From assembly GCF_963921235.1 (NCBI RefSeq), contig NC_086097.1, positions 19,904,001 to 19,968,000 on the forward strand: a stretch of 64,000 nucleotides of DNA, written 5' to 3'. Shown here one piece after another: positions 13,273 to 23,679 of this stretch. The stretch is from Mobula hypostoma. Lineage: Eukaryota. The position numbers were made by a program, and so were the translations under genes. The notes under the pieces were generated by a model. The model saw nothing but the letters and a program-made list of their open reading frames with translations, was not told the origin of the DNA and searched no databases. The stretch's first letter is position 1, and each line of letters begins with the position of its first letter.

Positions 13273-13458
13273 TGTTGTGTTCTTTATATTTATATGTACC
13301 ATGGGTTACTAATAAAGAATCATACTCTGGAAGACATAGAACTTTTATTTACAGCAACAACCAAACCACGTTTCTTACACCATGTTCTCAGTCATTCTAT
13401 CATTTCTACGCATGCTCAGAACTCTCTACAATCACGTCTGACACATCATATCACCACA
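13273..13458 (-). repeat. 3' LTR (186 bp)
   Basis: TGTTGTG...CACCACA; about 10 substitutions and 2 indels versus 15545-15734 by hand alignment. Confidence 0.95.
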
Positions 13459-13472
13459 TCTTCTCTTCCTTA
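13459..13472 (-). promoter_or_regulatory. Polypurine tract
   Basis: Minus strand AAGGAAGAGAAGA abuts the 3' LTR. Confidence 0.85.
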
Positions 13473-13516
13473 AAAAGACAAACAATTAGCAACATTGACC
13501 AGAGCAAATGCATAAT

Positions 13517-14566
13517 TTAACATGTCTCTATCAGTCTCTCTGGGGGTTTATGAACATGAGTCGACCTTCTAAGTGGTTCACACAGTTCTTGTGTTTCATT
13601 GTTATTTCCATGTTTAAACTGGTCTGCATCAGTTAACTGAATCTCTGAAGTTGGCTCTTTCTTGAGGTCTTTGCGATTTCTTCTTACCACTGCTCCCTCC
13701 TCTGTTTGGACCATGTATGATCTGGGTTGTACTTCTTCGAGTACTGTAGTTTTCTTAATTCCTTCCACTTCCATTTGTAATGAAATACATATCTTCTTTT
13801 CTTCATCTAATTCATTCATTAACTGTGTAATCTCTTTTTTATGCTGAGACTTCATCATTTCAATAAAACTTCTCAATTCCTTCACTTGTGCTTTCACTTC
13901 TTCAATTGGATCCTGATTCTTGCCACTCTTTGGCTTCAGATCAGTATTGTACTGTATCGGCAAGTTTGGCCTCTGTCCTCCTGCCGAGGTGAGATTGTGA
14001 TGGAATGCATCGCCCGTTGATGCATGTGCGTTACTTCCAGAGGGCAAAATTGCAACTCTTGGTTTTGGTGGCAATGTTTTGTCAGATGCTGGTAACAAAG
14101 GGATGGGTCTGGGAGCTTTCTTTATGACTCCTAGCCATTCCATTCTGTCACTGTATTCTGACTCTGTGTCACTGTCCAGGACTAAGACTCTTTTCACCAA
14201 ATTCAGTCTCTCACAGGCAGATACAGCCAGTATTGACTGTACATTCTTTGGTACCACCACAAATGAAAGCATGTGCACAATATTTTTGTGAGATACTTTT
14301 GCCACACATGGTCCTTTAACTGGAATGTCTACACCTGAATACCCAGTCACTTTTATATTTGTCTTAAGTAACTTTGGTCTTGGCTTTAATGCATTAAACT
14401 CAGATTCTGCAAGAACATTTACTTGTGCTCCAGCATCAAGTTTAAACGGAATATTGTTTCGGTTCACTTGCAATGGAATAGTCCAGTCATTCTTACTTTG
14501 TTTGTTTTCACAAAGCACATCTATATAAAACTCCCCAAGTTCATTTTCAAGCACTGCATTTACTTG
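13517..14566 (-). CDS. Chimeric ORF: Gypsy protease + RT stub + SH3KBP1/CIN85-like C-terminus + integrase C-terminal tail
   Basis: [10 protein letters not shown] protease motif (DTG changed to DAG); [10 protein letters not shown] RT start; LPPKP...[61 protein letters not shown] and [14 protein letters not shown] integrase tail; no stop codons. Confidence 0.8.
   Translation of the reverse strand, partial: [349 protein letters not shown]
13751..14122 (-). pseudogene. SH3KBP1: Captured intron-less fragment of SH3KBP1 (CIN85) C-terminus
   Basis: Colinear with recalled vertebrate SH3KBP1 ...SLPPKP...AGHRANSP...[52 protein letters not shown]. Confidence 0.85.
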
Positions 14567-14661
14567 CAACACACATCAAAGTTGCTGGTGAACGCAGCAG
14601 GCCAGGCAGCATCTCTAGGAAGAGGTACAGTCAACATTTCAGGCCAAGACCCTTCGTCAGG
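14567..14661 (-). mobile_element. Short Penelope family-B terminal-repeat insertion
   Basis: 14-bp TSD ACTGCATTTACTTG at 14553-14566 and 14662-14675; matches the reverse complement of about 43960-44045. Confidence 0.85.
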
Positions 14662-14675
14662 ACTGCATTTACTTG

Positions 14676-15412
14676 TTTTATTTTCTTTCTACTTCTGCAA
14701 CAGCGTGAAAAATGATCACTCTTACTGCAGTCGTTGCACATTTTTCCATATGCTGGACACTGTCTTGGCCGATGCTGCCGCCCACAGCAATCACATAGTT
14801 TTCTTCTCTCAGATGACATCTGCTCTCTGACAATTTTGTTGTCATTTTATTATTTTTCCTAATATGTTCGCGTTTTTTCACAGCGTCTACGTTGCAGCTC
14901 TCAGTGAAAAGGTCTTTAGCCTGTGATGTCACGGTTTCAGAAGCTTTGCAGGGCATCAAAGCTTTTTCCAAGTCTAAGTCTTGTTCTCTTAACAGTCTTT
15001 CTCTCAGACCATTATTCAGAATGCCACAAACAACTTTGTCTTTAATGAGGGAGTCTGTCAGTTCTCCAAACTCGCATGTTTTACTCCGGTGTCTCAACTC
15101 AGTAACATATTGATCAATTGTTTCACCAGCTCTCTGCACACATGTAAAAAATTTGTGCCTTTCCTACGTCACATTACGCTTCGGTTTACAAAATGCTTCA
15201 AATTTGTCCATTATCGATTCCAACTTTAAATTATCTCCATTTTCAAAAATAAAATGATTATATACTTCAATTGCGTCATCACCTATTACGTAGAGTAGAA
15301 GCACAGCTTCGACCGCCAATAAAAACAATTCAAAATGTTGTTTAAATTTTCTCCGGTTTTCAGCTACGTTCCCAGACAATTGAAGAGTCAGTGGAGGCTG
15401 CAAACCTTCCAT
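14676..15412 (-). pseudogene. Gypsy gag, frameshifted, with zinc knuckles
   Basis: MEGLQPP...GNVAEN; QRAGETIDQYVTELR...LIKDKVVCGI; CDCCGRQH...CPAYGKMCNDCSKSDHF; spread over three ORF-track pieces. Confidence 0.85.
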
Positions 15413-15529
15413 TTGTAAAACTGTTAGCGAACACCAAAACAGTTCGAACTCCTTTTTTATCTTCGATTCTCCCATGTTAGGAAACGTATTCTGCCAGACT
15501 GACTTTTGACACTATGTTGACTTCCAGAA

Positions 15530-15544
15530 CCACTTCTGACACCA
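15530..15544 (-). promoter_or_regulatory. Primer binding site, probably tRNA-Leu(CAA)
   Basis: Minus strand TGGTGTCAGAAGTGG directly after the 5' LTR; complementary to the recalled tRNA-Leu 3' end CCACTTCTGACACCA. Confidence 0.85.
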
Positions 15545-15734
15545 TGTTGTGTTCTTTATATTTATACGTACCATGGGTTACTAATAAAGAATCATATTCT
15601 GGAAGACATAGAACTTTTATTTACAGTAACAACCAAACCACGTTTCTTACAGTACCATGTTCTCGATCATTCTATCATTTCTGCGTATGCTCAGAACTCT
15701 CTCCAATCACGTTCTGACATGTCATATCACCACA
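15545..15734 (-). repeat. 5' LTR (190 bp)
   Basis: Direct repeat of 13273-13458. Confidence 0.95.
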
Positions 15735-16743
15735 GAACCGACAGGCACAACCATATATTCCTCTCCATTATGCTACCTGATTTGCTGAGGTCCTCCAGCA
15801 TTTTGTATATTGCTCAAGATTTCCAGCATCTGCAGAACCTCTTGTGTCTATGAAGAATGTGCACGATCAGTTCAAACTGTTGCCTTGAACCTTGAACTAA
15901 TGCTTCAGAGGAAAGCGCACCAGTATCTTTACTTTCTTCGTAGGTTGAGGAGGTTCAGCTTGTCACTGAACACACTAACAAACCTTTGCAGATGCACTGT
16001 TGAAAGTATCCTGACTGTTGCTTCATGTTCTGACACAGCAATCCGAATGTGCAGGAACATAAGATACTGCAGAGGGTAGTTGACTCGGCAATACATCATG
16101 GGCACATTATTCCTCACCATTGGTAGTACCTACAGCAGGTGCTGCCTCAGGAAGGCAATATCTATCATCAAAGATCCCCACCACCTGGACCACGCCATCT
16201 TCTTGCAGCTATCAGCAGGCAGGAACCACAGAAGCCTGAAGTCCCACACCACCAGGTTCAAGAACAGCTACTTCTTTTCAACCTTTCTTCCATGGTCCAC
16301 TGTCCTCTCCTACTAGATTCCTTCATTATCAGCCCTTTACCTTTTCTTCAAATCCTTCCTATCTCTTACTTCATCCCTCTCCTGCCCACTCACCTCCTCC
16401 CTCACCTGGTCTCATCCATCACCCCATCACCTGCCAGTTTATGCTTGTCTCTCTCCCCCTAACTTGTTATTCTGGGTTTTGCCTCTTTCCTTTCCAGTCC
16501 TGGTGAAGGGTCTTGATGCTCCTGTCCATGGATGCTGCCTGATTGCTGAGTTCCTCCAGCATTTTGTGTGTGTTGCTCAAGATAGCCAGGATCTGCAGAA
16601 TCTTTTCTGTTTATGACTTACTTTCAACCATTCGGTTCTTGAACCAACATCAGCAACATGATGACTACTATGATCACTTTGCAGTAAAATGGACCTTTTG
16701 TTGTTCTAATTGCCTTCTTTCTTGTAACTTTTTAGATAATTTA

Positions 16744-17067
16744 CAGTCTGTGGCCACTTTATTAGGTGCCTCCTGTACCTAATAAAGTGACCACTGAGTG
16801 TATGTATGTTCATGGCCTTCTACTGCTATAGCCCATTGAATTGACATGTTGTGCATTCAGAGATTCTCTTCTGCACACCACTGTTGTAACGTGTGTTTAT
16901 TTGAGTTACTGTCGCTTTCCTGTCAGCTTGAGACAGTCTGGTCATTCTCCTCTGACTTCTCTCATTAACAGGGCACTTTCACCCACAGAACTATCACTCA
17001 TTGCATGTATTTTTGTTTTTGCACCATTCTCTGTAAACTCTAGACACTGTTATGTGGGAAAATCCTA
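16744..17067 (-). mobile_element. Non-autonomous Tc1-like fragment; related copies at about 49385-49920 and 62567-63050
   Basis: GTGGCCACTTTATTAGG termini; related copies encode MGKKCDL..FDRG..ISKFADLRFSHTTVSRVYREW transposase N-terminus. Confidence 0.65.
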
Positions 17068-17084
17068 GAATCTCAAACTACAAG

Positions 17085-18057
17085 TAGTCATAGTCATAAT
17101 TTATTGATCCCGGGGGAAATTGGTTTTCGTTACAGTTGCACCATATATGATAAATAGTAATAAAACCATAAATAGTTAAATAGTAATATGTAAATTATGC
17201 CAGGAAATAAGTCCAGGATCAGCCTATTGGCTCAGGGTGTCTGACCCTCCAAGGGAGGAGTTGTAAAGTTTGATGGCCACAGGCAGGAATGACTTCCTAT
17301 GACGCTCTGTGTTGCATCTCGGTGGAATGAGTCTCTGGCTGAATGTACTCCTGTGCCCAACCAGTACATTATGTAGTGGATGGGAGACATTGTCCAAGAT
17401 GGCATGCAACTTGGACAGCATCCTCTTTTCAGACACCATCGTCAGAGAGTCCAGTTCCATCCCCACAACATCACTGGCCTTACGAATGAGTTTGTTGATT
17501 ATGTTGGTGTCTGCTACCCTCAGCCTGCTGCCCCAGCACACAACAGCAAACATGATAGCACTGGCCACCACAGACTCAGAGAACATCCTCAGCATCGTCC
17601 GACAGATGTTAAAGGACCTCAGTCTCCTCAGGAAATAGAGACGGCTCTGACCCTTCTTGTAGACAGCCTCAGTGTTCTTTGACCAGTCCAGTTTATTGTC
17701 AATTCGTATCCCCAGGTATTTGTAATCCTCCACCATGTCCACACTGACCCCCTGGATGGAAACAGGGGTCACTGGTACCTTAGCTCTCCTCAAGTCTACC
17801 ACCAGCTCCTTAGTCTTTTTCACATTAAACTGCAGATAATTCTGCTCACACCATGTGACAAAGTTTCCTACCATAGCCCTGTACTCAGCCTCATCTCCCT
17901 TGCTGATGCATCCAACTATGGCAGAGTCATCCAAAAACTTCTGAAGATGACAAGACTCTGTGCAGTAGTTGAAGTCCGAGGTGTAAATGGTGAAGAGAAA
18001 GGGAGACAAAACAGTCCCCTGTGGAGCCCCAGTGCTGCTGATCACTCTGTCGGACAC
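17085..18057 (-). mobile_element. Rex1/Babar LINE, 5'-truncated, open RT C-terminal frame (17224..18057)
   Basis: STGAPQGTVLSPFLF, KFLDDSA and SRLYFLRRLRSF motifs; AATAAA plus (CTATGA) tail. Confidence 0.9.
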
Positions 18058-18629
18058 ACAATGCTAAATACAAGAAACAGCATAGAATCAATGAAAGACC
18101 GCACCCAATTGGATGCACAACAAGAGTGCAATAAAAATACAATAAACTGTGCAGATATAAAAAGAAAGAGAAAAAAAGAAATTATAATAATAATACTAAA
18201 TATCAAGAACATAAGATGTAGAGTCCTAGAAAGTGAGTCCATAGTTTATGGGGACACTTCAGTAATGAGGTGAGTGAAGTTAAGTTATTCCTTCTGGTTC
18301 AAGAGCCTGATGATTGAGGGGTAATAACTGTTCCTGAACCTGATGCTGTGGGTCCTGAGTCTCCTGCACCTTCCTTCTGATGGCAGCAGCGAGAAGACAG
18401 CATGGCCTGGAGAGCGGGAGTCCTTGTTAATCGATGCTGCTTTGCTCAAACAGTACTCCGTGCAGATGAGCTTAATGGTGGAGAGGGCTTTACCCATGAT
18501 GGACTGGATTGGATCCAGTAGAGGCGCTGCCAAGTTCTCTTCATAACGGCAATTACATGTTGGATCCAAGACAGATCCTCTGACATTATAACACCAAGGA
18601 ATTTAAAGTTCCTGACCCACTCCTGGTTG

Positions 18630-19025
18630 GAAGGGTGGAGATACGTCTCTACCAAAGGAGGTGCAAGGTTCTCCTTTCCTCTGCTAGCCTGCAGGTCATC
18701 CTTTGGCAAGGTGTAAAACCTGCTTAGCCCTCCACCCCGCCGCCCCGATCAGAGTCACGTGAAGCCACTGGTCAGGTGGTGGATGGTCGTATGAGCAGCC
18801 GGTGCATATCACACAAGTCCTGGTTATGCGGCCACTGATGCCAGGCAGACAATCTCTGAAGAGTATTGATAATGGCTGAGGTCACCCGTCTTGTAAAGAC
18901 ACTGCCCAGGAGAAGGTAATGGCCAGCCACTTCTGTAGAATTTGCCATGAACAATCATGGCCATAGACAATGATCCTCACATCATACAACATGACATATG
19001 AAGATGATAATGGTGATGATGATGG
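18630..19025 (+). mobile_element. SINE or fragment with an RTE/BovB-type 3' end
   Basis: GAGAAGGTAATGGCCAGCCACTTCTG followed by a (GAT)n tail. Confidence 0.5.
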
Positions 19026-19029
19026 TGGC

Positions 19030-19610
19030 CGTCCCCACAGAGCCCCAATGAGGAGTAGCACATAGATCTCCAGTTTCCTCCTCCTAAATCCAATAATCAT
19101 CTCCTCGGTCTTGCTGTCATTGAGTGAGAGGCTGTTGTTGTCGTGGCACCACTCAGTCATATTTTCAATATGCTAATTCGTCACCACCTTTGATTCAGTC
19201 AATGACAGTGGTGTCACAGGAAAATTTAAATATGGCATTGGAGCTGTGCTTTGCTTCTCATTATAAATGCAAAGTGACCAGAGCAGGGTGCTAAGCACAC
19301 AGCCTTGTGGTGCACCTGTGCTGAGGGAGATTGTAGAGAAGATGTTATTGCCAAACCAAACTGACTGGGATTTGCAAGTGAGGAAATCGAGGATCCAATT
19401 GTACAAGGAGGTATTGAGGACTTGGACTTGAAGCTTATTGAGGGGTTGATAGCATTGAATGCCAATTTATAGTCAATGAAGAACAATCTGATGTGTGCAT
19501 CTTTGCTGTCCAGATGTTCCAGGATTGTGTGGGGAGCCAGTTAAATGGTATTTGTTGTGCCGGTAGGTAAAAAGGAGCAGATCCAAGTCACTTCTCAGGC
19601 AGGCGTTGAA
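19030..19610 (-). mobile_element. Rex1/Babar LINE fragment; continues at 18250-18625
   Basis: [17 protein letters not shown] and [10 protein letters not shown] motifs. Confidence 0.8.
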
Positions 19611-20049
19611 CCTAAGGGACAAAGTCTGCTTGTAATAATTACCAATAAACCAGAAATTGCTGGTGTTTTCCAGAGTAGGGGTCCATTCCCAGCTCCCTTC
19701 TGAAGTGGCCAGACTTCACCTTATATTTATTTAAAAGGAGGCCATCCAACCCATTAGATCCATGTCACTCCTATCCACCAGGGACAGTAGTATAACTTAA
19801 GAAGCCTTTGGATACATACATGGAGGGATCCGGCTCAGGAGGAATGTGGGGTGTATGTAGGAAATTGGGATTAACTGGTTTGGCACTATGGTCGGCATCT
19901 GCTGGTTAGGCTGAAGAGCCTGTGTCCGTGCTATATTGCTCTATTTCCCCTCTCTATGTTTACCCTCAAATTTCAACCCAACCTCTCTCACACCTGCCCA
20001 TCAGCAGCCCTTGGTTCCTATTTGCCACAAGCCTACCCTACATGTAGGG

Positions 20050-20255
20050 GGCAGCATGGGAGCGTAGTGGGTAGAGTAACACTATCTCAGACCCAGTGAC
20101 CCTGATTCAATCCCCACCACTGTCTGTAAGGAGTTTGTACCTTCTTCCCGTGACCGCGTGGGTTTCCTCTGGGTGCTCCAGTTTCCTCCCAAAGTCCAAA
20201 GGCGTACTGGCTGGTAGGTTAAGTGATTGTTGTACATTGCCTTGTGATTGGGCTA
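20050..20255 (+). mobile_element. tRNA-derived V-SINE (HE1/HER1-like); more copies near 27350-27655, 45400-45710, 47370-48150, 48430-48610, 58510-58800 and 61780-61980
   Basis: tRNA-like head plus V-domain GGAGTTTGTAC..CTTCCCGTGACCGCGTGGGTTTCCTCTGGGTGCTCCAGTTTCCTCCCA. Confidence 0.75.
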
Positions 20256-20471
20256 GGGAGTTGCTGGGCCGGGAGAGCCTGTTCCGCGCTCTATCTCTAA
20301 ATAAATAAATATAATAAAGGTAAAGAAAAGAAGCCAATAAACCCACCAGCATGTCTTTGGGACCTGGGAGGAAAATGGAACCAACAAGCTGCACATCGAA
20401 GGCACTGAGGGTCCGAGGTGATCCTCAGTTCCTGGAGCCATGAGGTGTGTGTGCAGGTTGGATAGTTAGTG

Positions 20472-21378
20472 CCATCAGGTTAGCTGACCGCAGGCGATGT
20501 TGGCAGTGACTGTCATTGGAGAGGTAATGCATCCTATCCTGTTCCCTGACCCGAACCCCACTCCATCAGGTTAGCTGACCGCAGGAGATGTTGGCAGTGA
20601 CTGTCATTGGAGAGGTAATGCATCCTATCCTGTTCCCTGACCCGAACCCCACTCTATCAGGTTAGCTGACCGCAGGCGATGTTTGCAGTGTCTGTCATTG
20701 GAGAGGTAATGCATCCTATCCTGTTCCCTGACCAAAACCCCACTCCATCAGGTTAGCTGACCGCAGGCGATGTTGGCAGTGACTGTCATTGGAGAGGTAA
20801 TGCATCCTATCCTGTTCCCTGACCCAAACCCCACTCCATCAGGTTAGCTGACCGCAGGCGATGTTGGCAGTGACTGTCATTGGAGAGGTAATGCATCCTA
20901 TCCTGTTCCCTGACCAAAACCCCACTCCATCAGGTTAGCTGACCGCAGGAGATGTTGACAGTGACTATCATTGGAGAGGTAATGCATCCTATCCTGTTCC
21001 CTGACCCGAACCCCACTCCATCAGGTTAACTGACCGCAGGCGATGTTGACAGTGAATGTCATTGGAGAGGTAATGCATCCTATCCTGTTCCCTGACCAAA
21101 ACCCCACTCCATCAGGTTAGCTGACCGCAGGCGATGTTGGCAGTGACTGTCATTGGAGAGGTAATGCATCCTATCCTGTTCCCTGACCCAAACCCCACTC
21201 CATCAGGTTAGCTGACCGCAGGCGATGTTTGCAGTGACTGTCATTGGAGAGGTAATGCATCCTATCCTGTTCCCTGACCCAAACCCCACTCCATCAGGTT
21301 AGCTGACCGCAGGCGATGTTGGCAGTGACTCTCATTGGAGAGGTAATGCATCCTATCCTGTTCCCTGACCCGAACTCC
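20472..21378. repeat. Minisatellite, 10 x 91 bp
   Basis: Unit CCATCAGGTTAGCTGACCGCAGG...CCCCACT starts at 20472, 20563, 20654 and so on to 21291. Confidence 0.97.
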
Positions 21379-22699
21379 GCACTTGTCCTAGGTACCTGAT
21401 GAAGAGCGAGAGTTCTGTTAGATTTGGCTTTCATTTCTGCTTAGACGTGCAAAGAATATTGCCGAGATTAGATAACAGAGGAATTCCCTCCCCAAGGAAC
21501 TGTTAATATTATTATGTTACAATACATGCTGTCCTCTCATTACTTTATGGGCTGAGTGGCCTGTACCGTGCTGCATAAGTTCTACATCACCCATCAGGAA
21601 GGAAATACAAGATGCTGAAGATCCCCCACACTCAACATTTCCGGACCAGCTTCTACCCCGCCTCCATCAGATTTCTGAACAGTCCATGGGCCCATCAACA
21701 CTACCTTCTTATTCCCTTTTCGTTCTATTTATTCATCCTGCAATTATTTTATAATTTATGTCTTCACTGCACTGATGCAGCACAACAAATTTCACATCAC
21801 ATAAGACAAATCTGATTCTGTTTCCATTATACACGGATTAGTTACCATTTTCTATAACACGGAAGCAGCTATAGTTCAAAACTGTTTTGCTGCTTCTATA
21901 GTACATTGGACTATTCTCAGATCATGAAAAGTGAAGTACTTGTACAAGGTTTATAAATAAAAGCTCAGGGTAACCAGGGGACTCCAAGCCTCCATGGTAG
22001 GGCTGGAAGAGCCTTTTCCACACGGTATCTCAATAAATGAATAGTGACCCAACCAAGATGTTTTAAATGATTCAATCCTTTGTACAGCTTGATTTTCAGG
22101 GTTACTTTTTGATTCAGTTTTGGCATTTTCTCAGTTGATGACTGATGGCCAAGACCCTGCAACAGGACTCATCCCTGATGTGCTGAGTTCCTCCAGCATT
22201 TTGTATGTATTGCTCTGGATTTCCAGCATCTGCAGAATCTCTCATTTGTTAAGGCATTTTCTCAGTTTATATTGGTATTTTAAAAAATTTAATAATTTTT
22301 ATTAACAAAAACCCCATCATGTATCAATTGTCAGACTACAAAAACTAATGACATAAAAATTGATTATAACTATTAGATCTTAATAATTTCTTCACTATTT
22401 TTTGTTTTCTTTCATAGTTCATAAAACATACAGTCACACTACCCGGGACAGAAGGGGGAAGAGGAAATATAGACATTAAAAATCTACACAACAGTCAGAT
22501 AAAACTTCTAAGGATACACTTTCATCAACAAGAACAGGATTCAGCACTCCACACAAGCAAAGGCAATTCTGATGAGATGTACACACCATTAAACTTAAAT
22601 GAGAGCACAACGCAGAAGGCTGAAGGCTTTATCACTACTGGAGAAAAAGTTAACCAATGGAAGAGCATGGCCCTCCATGGACGACGTCCCACATAACTT

Positions 22700-22995
22700 G
22701 CAGAAATCAATAAGTGAAAAACGCCAGTAATATGCTGAATTTAAAGAGGAAATTGAAAGACTTTGGATATGCATTCTCCCAATAGTAATATCTACAACTT
22801 GTATCATCCCAAAGTCACTACAATATAGTGTAAAACAATTAGGGCTACACAGTAATATCCATGTAAATCCTCACAAAGCCACAATACTAAACACCACTAG
22901 CACAGTCCAAAAGTTCCTTGCAATTGACAAATGAGCATGCTTGACTACGCTCGTACCTCAGGTTTTATCAGCTTGAGCTGAGAAAATATGAATAA
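22700..22995 (+). mobile_element. 3' remnant of an R4/Dong-like non-LTR element with a restriction-like endonuclease
   Basis: Hand translation YAEFKEEIERLW..LPIVISTTCIIPKSL..LGL..KATILNTTSTVQKFL; AT-rich tail. Confidence 0.5.
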
Positions 22996-23679
22996 TAGCA
23001 ATGTAGTCCAAGCCCCTGAGAGTCACAGCCTGCAGTTTGATGTTGCACGGGATGATGTCCTGCAGCCACGTTTTCTGCAGGAACAGGCAGCAGCTCCTCA
23101 CCTCGCACTCACGCAGCTGCGGACAAACATAATCCAGTTTGCCTTCTACCAAGCGAACACCGGAGAGCAGCACCAGCGGTACGGGCCAGCCCCAACCCAG
23201 AACGGACACCCACTGTGCCCACCGACTCTGGTGTCTCCTCCACTGAGTGGCTGCAATGGGTGACCCCACCGGCCGAGGGCCTGGTCCTGGTCTGCGTAAC
23301 AATCTGATCGCAAGCACCTTTATTCTCCCACCTCAGTTTCTGTTGTACTCTGAGTTTGCTGGCCTCCGTTCACACCACCGACCAACATATCCCTTAGTTT
23401 TGATCAGTGATCTATGTGCAGAGTTTCTAAAGCCATACTTGTAGGGAAATGAACAAAAATGTAAATTTTGCAGGATTGACGTTAATTACAGTGCACAGAG
23501 CTTTGTCAGTAAAATGAAATGAAAATTTACAGTCCCGAGGCAGTATAAAGCCAAAATATTTGAGCCCCAGGAATTTGCAAATTAGCCAGCAAGAAAGTAT
23601 TTGCTCTATTAGCAAGAAAGTATTCGACACAAGGTGTCAGGCTCCAATGGGGTACCTGGTAGGGCATTGAAAACCTGTG

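Larger units (their letters stand above)
13273..15734 (-). mobile_element. Complete non-autonomous Gypsy LTR element carrying a captured SH3KBP1-like segment
   Basis: Two LTRs, 5-bp TSD GAACC (13268-13272 and 15735-15739), PBS, PPT, gag, protease and integrase tail. Confidence 0.93.

Noticed and set aside
13751..14122. A genuine SH3KBP1 gene locus
   Set aside because: No SH3-domain exons or splice sites; embedded between LTRs and fused to retroelement sequence.
20472..21378. CRISPR-like regular array
   Set aside because: Units repeat over their full length with no unique spacers; no cas genes; eukaryotic context.
21395..21420. Hammerhead-like CTGATGA-AGAGC-GAGA-GTTCT just after the array
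   Set aside because: The stem is followed by GTTA rather than the required GAAA, and no stem I or III is evident.
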